Origin: Paramicrosporidium saccamoebae KSL3 | Taxonomy: Eukaryota; Fungi; Cryptomycota | Direction: 5' to 3' | NCBI GenBank assembly: GCA_002794465.1 | Contig: MTSL01000026.1 | Location: forward strand, 1-6,189 | Length of the DNA stretch: 6,189 nucleotides | In this document: piece after piece, positions 1 to 6,189 of the stretch | How the letters are laid out: every line of letters starts with the position of its first letter | Position numbering within the stretch: the stretch's first letter is position 1 | Made by a program: the position numbers and the translations under genes | Notes under the pieces: generated by a model | Database searches by the model: none | Told to the model about the DNA's origin: nothing | The model's input: only the letters and a program-made list of their open reading frames with translations

Positions 1-150
1 GAACGATGAATACACAAGACCTACATTCAAGACTGGAGAGCAGTGTACCTTGCAGAAAAGATTGATAGCTTCAAGAAACTTTGATTCCTTTAAACAAATA
101 ATGGCAGAACTTAACAGGTCGTCGTCCAGGTCCTCTCTTTCTCTTTTCAT
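1..150 (-). CDS. 5' part of a hypothetical TPR-like helical protein (partial, runs off the left edge)
   Basis: ATG at 150, 30 nt after the SAM50 stop. Exon 150..49 gives MKREREDLDDDLLSSAIICLKESKFLEAINLFCK. A candidate 28-nt intron 48..21 (GTACAC..TGTAG) then gives VLCIHR. The unspliced frame is also open to the edge. The L..A...L....F.EA..LF pattern resembles a TPR helix pair (NASP/Sim3-like N-terminus possible, not established). Confidence 0.55.
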   Translation of the reverse strand, partial: MKREREDLDDDLLSSAIICLKESKFLEAINLFCKVHCSPVLNVGLVYSSF

Positions 151-180
151 CCAAAATAAAATGTAAATTCACGGCATTTA

Positions 181-1505
181 TTACAGAAATTCTACTCCCA
201 ATCCAACTTGCAATCCACGGTGGAATATAGTGCCCGGTTGCATTGATAATGGATACGCAACATTCATCTCAAGCTTGGCAGATTCACCAAGCTTTACTTG
301 CAACCCGGTACCAAAGGATAAATTTGTATTGTCCCGAATCCACTTTTGATTTTTCGCTTTAATGCCGTCAAAGTTGGTTAAAATTCCAGCATTAACAAAT
401 ACGTGTCCCCTTAGCATATGAATAGTATTCGCACTGAGAGGGAAGGAAACCCCCACTGAGACTTCTGCACTTGAATCTCCACCGATAGAATCATTACGAT
501 CCTTGGGCCCCAAGCAATTCAACGCGAAACCACGAACCGACAAGGGACCACCACATTGATATTTGTCAAGAAGCGATATTTTCCGCCCTCCGACAGAGGA
601 AATGTGTCCTAGACGGGCGGTTGCGTTGAAAACGAGATACTTGTACAATGGAATGTGGATTTGAGTGAGCATGTCATTTTTCAAAAAGCTCACCGATCCA
701 CCAAGACCGGCCAATTCGTTGCTAATTCTATGAAAATATCCATGGGTAGGAAAAACGGGACAATCTCGAGTCGAGTTGATCATGGTGTGAGTGATAGATG
801 ACTTGATGCTGTGGCCAGCCTGTCTACGTACAGAAAGACTAGCATCTTCGCCAATGCCAAAAACATGTCGCCAATCCAAGGCATATTTGAGCTCATGTTC
901 ACTGGCCAGCTTGGATGCGAATGTATATGAAGCTGCCAATCCTTGGAGCTGGTTTTTAAAATTGGCCCCGCTTACATAGTGTTGAAAGGTACTGAATGCG
1001 GAGAGGTTGAGCAGTCGCTCTGGATTTCCGTTCACTGGTTTGGAGAAATTGATTGACAGTGGAGTGGAAGACTGTGTTCCCATGGATGCAACCACATCCA
1101 ACTTTTCACCGCGTCCAAACACATTGTAAAACGTACCACCCGTTCCAAAGCCAACCCCGTTCTTCTGAATGTCCGTACCAGCCTGTATCTTGTACTTGCG
1201 CTCCTGCACCTCCACCCGCACCACCACGCCATCCTTCTTGTGTGAATCCTGGTCAATTACAAAGCGCATCTCTTTGAATAATTCTAGCCGTTCCAAGTTG
1301 GAGGATGTCTCGCCGAGAGCAACGGTAAGCTCCCCAAAGGTGCGCGCCTTGAGACAATTCTGGACGACCGGCTCGAGGATATCCATCCTGGTGCGTTCAG
1401 TACCAGTAAATTGCACACCAGTCACAGTTACTGGCACCGGATTCAAGTCCTCCAGCTACAAGTTTAACGCCGCCATGGTTCTTGTACCTTGACAGAGTCT
1501 GACAT
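181..1505 (-). CDS. SAM50: Mitochondrial outer-membrane beta-barrel insertase Sam50 (Omp85 family), about 430 aa
   Basis: POTRA-like N-terminus (VQFTGTERTR..LERLELFKEMRFVID), the Omp85 VRGF motif and a C-terminal beta-signal (QVGLGVEFL). The ORF track starts at a TTG at 1446. A 32-nt GT..TAG intron (1487..1456) joins an 18-nt exon (1505..1488, MSDSVK) in frame to LEDLNPVP. Confidence 0.95.
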
Positions 1506-1583
1506 TGGAGCCTTAAGTATTTCGAGTATAATTCCGTAGACCCCTTGCACACGGTGGTCTTCCTTGACTAGTTATTAACACTC

Positions 1584-1906
1584 ATGTCTGTAAGCTTGCT
1601 CAAATATTGCTCTGATTATTAGGACTCTGGTACTATTTCTCCCTTGAATCGTATTCGGTAAAGCCCAACTACGCCCACTGTAACTGTAGTCGTCGCCGTG
1701 CAGACGGAGCCTCCTCGCCCGGTCCTCGTGCTGGCAGTGGTGCAGGTATGATGCGCATGTACACGGAAGACACGCCAGGAATCAAAGTGTACTACATAGG
1801 GGGGTGACTTACATGTAGTGATCCTATCGCCGTGCTGGTGATGAGTCTTATCTTTATTGGCTCCGTGTTCATTCTTCACATTTGGGGAAAATATTCTCGT
1901 GCGTAA
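1584..1906 (+). CDS. SEC61B: Protein translocon subunit Sec61-beta (Sbh1), 75 aa, 4 exons
   Basis: Exons 1584..1589, 1623..1657, 1690..1788, 1819..1906; introns of 33, 32 and 30 nt, all GT..TAG. Spliced protein [75 protein letters not shown] carries the family signature YTEDxPGIKVDP followed by a tail-anchor TM ending LHIWGK. Confidence 0.96.
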
Positions 1907-1919
1907 ATATCGTGAGAAC

Positions 1920-1925
1920 AATAAA
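1920..1925 (+). terminator. Putative polyadenylation signal of SEC61B
   Basis: AATAAA starting 14 nt after the TAA stop at 1904-1906. Confidence 0.5.
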
Positions 1926-1991
1926 CTTACTAGTTGTTCAGTAGTCTCGTAACCGTGCAGCTGTGAAAAAAGGAATACATTTTAACTGGAC

Positions 1992-2383
1992 ATGCCGCTG
2001 TATGAACTGTTTGTCATTTCACGTGCCGCAACCCACGAACCTGTATGCTGTTCTGGCACAGCCTAAACCATTTTAGGGAACTCTTGAACAGATAATTAAG
2101 CGCACTGCCACACGGCTGCTGGACAGCAAAGCAATGATACGAAAACTGGAATACATGGGAACAAGGACCTTGCCGTATCGAATGAAGTTGAAGGAAAATT
2201 ATGTCTATGATGGCAGGTATAGCTCATAGAGATGAGGATAATTGTAGTTACTGGCAAGTGCAGTTTTTTGGAAGCACCAAGATGCTGGATGAAATGCGCT
2301 ACAACCTCCGATACGACCCGGACATTGTGCGCTATACACTACTCAAAAAGGCTTCTGCTCTTAAAGACTACATTCGTCCATAA
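1992..2383 (+). CDS. MRPS6: Mitochondrial ribosomal protein bS6m (MRP17/MRPS6), 108 aa, 3 exons
   Basis: Exons 1992..2042, 2077..2216, 2248..2383; introns of 34 and 31 nt, GT..TAG. Spliced protein MPLYELFVISR..LEYMGTRTLPYRMK..GSYWQVQF..LRYDPDIVRY matches S6-family motifs (MPxYEL, GxRxLPYxI/M, DxDIxR). Confidence 0.93.
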
Positions 2384-2490
2384 AAGTTGCCATACTACCG
2401 CATAATAGACAATCTGTTTGGGACGGAATGGTACTCGCCCATTACTAATTTGTGGGCCCATATCATGACTATGAGACCAGATCAATTCAT

Positions 2491-2575
2491 ATCGGGGAGG
2501 TTGGACCATTTTCACTAGTTAATCCATCTTGCGTTAATTGTCGGCGAGATTGAACCACTCTCACTGATTGATCCA
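2491..2575. repeat. Degenerate direct repeat, two 36-nt copies 49 nt apart
   Basis: 2491..2526 ATCGGGGAGGTTGGACCATTTTCACTAGTTAATCCA versus 2540..2575 GTCGGCGAGATTGAACCACTCTCACTGATTGATCCA: 27/36 identical without gaps, and 8 of the 9 differences are transitions. Confidence 0.75.
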
Positions 2576-2680
2576 CCATTTTCAGCCTATCCCTCGCCAA
2601 TCGATTCGCCCCACCACTTATGATGCCATGCCCAATGCCCTTGATTACTATATTGGGAGAGCGACAACAAAAAAGGACAG

Positions 2681-3743
2681 ATGGGAGCGACGGCTAGCAA
2701 GAGCCCAAAAGGCCCCAATTTCGCTGATGACTTTTTTGGCAAGAGTCACAAGCGATTAGAACGGCCGCTCCGCCGACAATTTGCCAGTGGAGTAAAATAC
2801 AACAGTCAGGGGAGAGGCGGAGATTGATGTTTTAGTGAAAATTGTCATTCGGGGTGATTCCGGGACAGGAAAGTCCAGCTTATTGCGGAGATTGCAAGTC
2901 GCCAGTGTAAAGGCGGCAGCGGCAACCACATCAGGGTGGTTTAGGAGTGTGGACAATGTGCAAAACGAAATGGAGATGGAGCCAAAGTACGTTCCTACGC
3001 GGCAAATACAAGTAGCCAATCTGCGCTGGAAATATCGAGGTATCCATCCAATTTGTAATAAAAGTATAGAGACGGAGGATGTGATCAAAGTTGAGGTTTG
3101 GGATGTGGTAGACCACGGAGTGCAGGAGCAATCTCAGCAGCACTCGGAACATGGACTGGCCATAGGGAACAGCATTGGAGTGTTGGATGCCGAGGCCGTT
3201 GACGTCTACAAGCACTCTAACGGAGTGGTCTTTCTTTTTAATCTTTGCAAGCCAAGAACGATCGAGTACGTTGCAAAGCAACTGCCGCTGGTTCCAAGGA
3301 CCCTCCCCATCCTTATTATCGGAAACTTTGCAGATAAGATCTATGCTCAGGAAGATGAATCATTCCTCATCAAGCGGTTTGCAGCAATCAGGGGAGACAC
3401 TGCGCTGTCTGCGCCATTGCATTTTATGTGTGGCAGCCTGACTCAGCCAAACTGCCCGAGCAACCCTGCAGCTGGACTGTTAACTGCGACTCTAAAGTTC
3501 TTTGAGCTTCCATTCTTGCAGCTACAGCAGACAGTACTTACAGGGCGATTGAAGATTAATGAAGAGCAAATCGAGAGGGCAAAGAGAGAGTGGAATGAAA
3601 TGATTAACCCTATGGAAATGTCACCAGCTTTATCAATTCTTACAATCCCCGAAGCAGCAAGAACTAATACTAACCTTGGCTCGCTTGACTCTGTGTCGAC
3701 AGATACGCTGACGCTGGCCTCTAGGACCGCCTGGAATGACTAA
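2681..3743 (+). CDS. RABL6: Rab-like protein 6 (RABL6/RBEL1/PARF family) atypical GTPase, about 333 aa
   Basis: Exon 2681..2804 (MGATASK..LRRQFASGVKYN) splices over a 31-nt intron (2805..2835) to MKIVIRGDSGTGKS, restoring the RABL6 N-terminal motif (RRFAKGVQYNMKIVIRGD in human, from memory). Also KVEVWDVVD, LDAEAVDVYK, GNFAD and FFELPFLQLQ. A probable second intron lies at 3040..3069. Confidence 0.92.
3040..3069 (+). other. Probable in-frame, stop-free 30-nt intron inside the RABL6 ORF
   Basis: GTATCC..AGTATAG, AT-rich, with length and TAG end matching the other introns. Removal converts RWKYR-GIHPICNKSI-ETEDVIKVEVW to RWKYRETEDVIKVEVW, matching the spacing of the family motif (HWSYKTTDDIVKVEVW, from memory). 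Confidence 0.8.
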
Positions 3744-3783
3744 TAAATAAAGAATTGTAACGATCCAATTTGCCAGGTTTAAT
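3742..3783. terminator. Short convergent 3' region with poly(A)-type signals on both strands
   Basis: AATAAA twice on + (3742-3747, 3746-3751) at the RABL6 stop. ATTAAA on - (3783..3778) just after the TGA at 3790..3788. Confidence 0.45.
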
Positions 3784-3787
3784 GCAG

Positions 3788-4313
3788 TCATTCCATCAGG
3801 TATCGTCGCATGATAGTCTGCAGGGTGGCGAGGGAGTCGAATAGTGCAATAAGCCGATTTTCATCAGAATGTACGGCGGATCGATCCTTGTTCATGGAGT
3901 GTTGGAGCATTGCCTCTTAATAAAATATGAGGTCAATTATTTAGGTTGAGAAATAAAGCGTAATTTCACCATGTATCCCTGAAGTTTAATCCAGTCATTG
4001 GGAGTGGCATATGGGAAACTAAGGTTCTATTACATGCGTCATTGTGAGGAGTATGTGTACGGACCAAAAGTTTTAATAAAGTGTTCTTTATTTCAAATTC
4101 AGCTTTGATCACGATTGTATTTGATGCAGTTCCAGGTACCCGCTCCATGACAAGCAAACCATCCTTGCCGCAATCGATAAACTGATGACGAAGCCGAATG
4201 TTGGGGTTCTCTACGAGGCGCAGCGTGGTGTCCCTTAACTTTGCATTTGCGTGTCTCACTCTGATGGCTGTCCGCATTTATATGTGCACTCACCTGCCCA
4301 ATTGAGAAACCAT
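3788..4313 (-). CDS. Hypothetical spliced protein (about 132 aa if standalone; possibly the C-terminal part of the upstream gene)
   Basis: Exons 4313..4294 (MVSQLG), 4260..4065 (RVRHANAKLRDTTLRLVENPNIRL..IKAEFEIKNTLLKLL), 4026..3970 (NLSFPYATPNDWIKLQGYM) and probably 3913..3788 (AMLQHSM..TLQTIMRRYLME). Introns: 33 nt GTGAGT..CAG and 38 nt GTCCGT..TAG. The last junction needs a non-standard site. No family recognised. Confidence 0.55.
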
Positions 4314-4432
4314 TGGTGTCGAAGCGCACCAACTCAGGTCGAATGTAACTCTATATCTATTGGTGCATTGTTGATCTATTTATCAAGTAGTTAATTATGC
4401 GAATGCGGCTACGATGGTTTACTACTGTAAAA

Positions 4433-5567
4433 TTATACAAATAAGGACCAGAGATTCCAATAAAAGGCTACTGCCTCCAGCTTCTCATACTCTAACATTC
4501 TATGCAGAGCCTACGAAACCATTGACAGCCACAATGGCTGGTTCACACCAAATCGTCGTACGCCAGTTCAAACTGACGTAGTGACAATCTGAATATGACC
4601 CGGAATACTGCCATCACCTCCAAAACTCGGATGGGAATTAGGTCACAGATAGGATTTAGTCGTGTCATCGTGGCGGCAAATTCTACTATGGCGCGCACAT
4701 CCTCCTCGCGGACATCAAGAACTCGGAGCACGCGCTTCCACTCTTCTGGACGGTCCGAGTATCCACGCTGAAAATCCTGAATCCTGACAGCATTGTACAT
4801 GACGAGTCCCCATCGAGTGAGCCGATCCTCTACGGTGAGGTAGCCGGCTTGAAACATATTTATGCGCTGGAAGGCAGCACTGATATCATTTGAAAATGAG
4901 GCGACATCTATCCGCCAACGCTGTCCTGGAACACGCGTTGTGGGTTTAGAGCTGGCTCTCAGCCGACCATTTTCCAGAAAGAATTTCCTTGGCTCGACAT
5001 AATTTTCATAGTTCCTGTTTGGTCCAACGTCCCAGTATATGGCGGTTTCCTCAGGGACTACACGGATGCCGGTAATGCGACCGAGCTCTTTTGCGAATAT
5101 ACCTGGAACCTCATCCTTGCGGAACGACTCTTCCGGTAACTTGCCGCATTCAACAGTCTGGAATCCAATAGGGTGGACATAATACAGGATACCAAACATT
5201 CCATTACTCACCCTACACTGTCTAACACCTTCAATTGCATACCTCTCTATGGGTTCAAAGGAATATCCATTGAAGTGATCCACCAGCCTGCCCATCCGTC
5301 CAAAGCAATGCCCAGTGTGCTCTTGGATGGTTCCAAATATCATTACTTCAAGAATACAAAGGGCGCCATTCTCTTCTTCAAGAGAGCCAGGTTCAAAATC
5401 AAAGGCGAGTCGAGCCTCTCTATACAATTCCTTCTCCACTACCTCATTAGCAGCTTTACGGTCTATAGCAGAGTCAAAGTCCTTTTCCATTGCGTGCTAC
5501 CTGGTTCTTTGGTGTTGGGCTGGATGGCGTTTTCAATGGTAGTTTCAAACTCAGCTTTGCGTTTCAT
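4433..5567 (-). CDS. Hypothetical protein, about 352 aa in the conservative model; 3' end uncertain
   Basis: Exon 5567..5501 (MKRKAEFETTIENAIQPNTKEP) joins the long ORF in phase over a 38-nt GTAGCA..TAG intron (5500..5463), so the track's ATG at 5490 lies inside an intron. Exon 5462..4549, then a 38-nt intron (4548..4511) leads to ALHRMLEYEKLEAVAFYWNLWSLFV* (stop ends 4433). No family recognised. Confidence 0.7.
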
Positions 5568-5768
5568 GATGGACGCGTTGATTTGCAGCCTTGTCTGTGC
5601 TGTACCCAATAAGCTTTAAAGTCCGAAAATGCCGGGCATGACGGACCAATCAGCTACGATGATTGAATAATTCCCTTATTTGGAACTACAATCTGCTGGA
5701 AGATTCCATTTAGTACAAGATGGCAAGTATCAAATAAAGATGCCCACATTGAGGACGTCCGACAGTTG

Positions 5769-6189
5769 ATGTCTGTAGGTAATGTGAAACGCCATCACTT
5801 CACAGTTTACCCATGGCGGGTTAATCAACCAGCTGCGATCAACATATAGCCATTCCCATTAGGAAGCGCAATCACAGGCTGGCTGATGAGATTGTTAGTG
5901 AGATGGACTGTTTAATACAGATTACCATTGAAGTGCACGGCGAGTCGATTCTCGCTTATAGAGCGTTGGAACACTGTCACTCCATGCTCTGAGGGCCAAA
6001 ATCGAGCTTATATGCGATCCTACCCCTAGAGTTTGGTAGCATCATAATGTAACCTTGGATTTATTTATACGCTAATGACTTGAGTGAAGAGTCCTGGAAT
6101 TCTCTTATGTGTCTATTCCAACAGACAAAGTTTCCATTGCATCGAAATCATTGTGACTGTTTTTGGCACAAGGGAGGCTTTGTCTGCTG
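5769..6189 (+). CDS. Possible spliced hypothetical gene, partial (runs off the right edge); exon structure tentative
   Basis: Protein-like open stretches RKRNHRLADEIVSEMDCLIQITIE (to 5932), SVGTLSLHALRAKIELICDPTPRV (from 5962) and EESWNSLMCLFQQTKFPLHRNHCDCFWHKGGFVC (open to the edge). They can be linked by candidate introns 5775..5805, 5820..5862, 5933..5961 (29 nt, TAG) and 6036..6084 (GAG acceptor). No homology recognised, and minus-strand models also exist. Confidence 0.3.

Noticed and set aside
791-1492. ORF-track entries 791..979, 1032..1256, 1053..1277 and 1169..1492
   Set aside because: Antisense or alternate-frame shadows of SAM50 with no recognisable motifs.
1506-1570. Open frame upstream of the SAM50 ATG (VKEDHRVQGVYGIILEILKAP)
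   Set aside because: No in-frame ATG, and linking it to the ATG at 1586 would need a 14-nt intron. It also occupies the SEC61B promoter space.
1619-1921. 100-aa minus-strand ORF and an apparent 21-nt GTAAGT..TAG intron at 1812..1792
   Set aside because: Antisense to the clearly identified SEC61B. The apparent intron lies within SEC61B intron 3 and gives no recognisable product.
2201-2247. ORF-track N-terminus MSMMAGIAHRDEDNC
   Set aside because: Out-of-frame end of MRPS6 exon 2 plus intron 2. Splicing restores the S6 motifs.
2392-2456. ATACTACC and AATTTGTGG resemble the U1 snRNA 5' end and Sm site
   Set aside because: The 5' match is imperfect, the two are about 55 nt apart rather than about 120 nt, and no U1 stem-loops are evident.
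2545-2560. GGTTCAATC on the minus strand resembles a tRNA T-loop or B box
   Set aside because: No T-stem pairing and no cloverleaf.
2568-3441. ORF-track entries 2568..2759, 2756..3088, 2931..3281 and 3175..3441
   Set aside because: Overlap RABL6 in other frames or on the other strand, with no recognisable motifs.
4099-4332. 77-aa minus-strand ORF, and ATG 4277 as start of the 103-aa ORF
   Set aside because: Alternate frame. ATG 4277 falls inside the 33-nt intron 4293..4261.
4468-4495. TAG read-through or codon reassignment as a way past two TAG codons in the +1 frame
   Set aside because: No in-frame TAG occurs in any confidently identified gene, and the read-through peptide looks less protein-like than the alternative frame.
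5158-5211. In-frame 54-nt GTGAGT..CAG segment in the large minus-strand ORF
   Set aside because: Much longer than the confident introns and translates plausibly. Cannot be excluded without RNA data.
5173-5619. ORF-track entries 5173..5619 and 5315..5542
   Set aside because: Antisense shadows of the longer spliced minus-strand gene.
5825-5881. Minus-strand peptide QPVIALPNGNGYMLIAAG resembles the ParB/sulfiredoxin core
   Set aside because: Lacks the G(E/H)RR motif, stops immediately, and is the in-register antisense shadow of a plus-strand open frame.

Overview
Eukaryotic, very gene-dense DNA with tiny GT-AG introns (about 28-38 nt), so the ORF track misses or mis-starts most real genes. After manual splicing the window holds, left to right: the 5' end of a TPR-like gene (-, runs off the left edge); SAM50 (-); SEC61-beta (+, 4 exons, absent from the ORF track); mitochondrial ribosomal protein bS6m/MRP17 (+, 3 exons); a 297-nt spacer with a degenerate 49-nt-period direct repeat; a short RABL6-family GTPase (+) with an N-terminal myristoylation-type motif and a hidden in-frame intron; an unidentified minus-strand unit (5567 to 3788) that may be one gene of about 510 aa interrupted by a single +1 frame break, or two genes; and a weakly supported spliced plus-strand region at the right edge. 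Compaction, tiny introns and a retained mitochondrial ribosomal protein suggest a reduced, probably parasitic eukaryote such as a Rozellomycota / early microsporidia-like lineage. That placement is inference only. No mobile element, CRISPR array, rRNA or tRNA is supported. All gene models are hand-derived, without database searches or RNA data.
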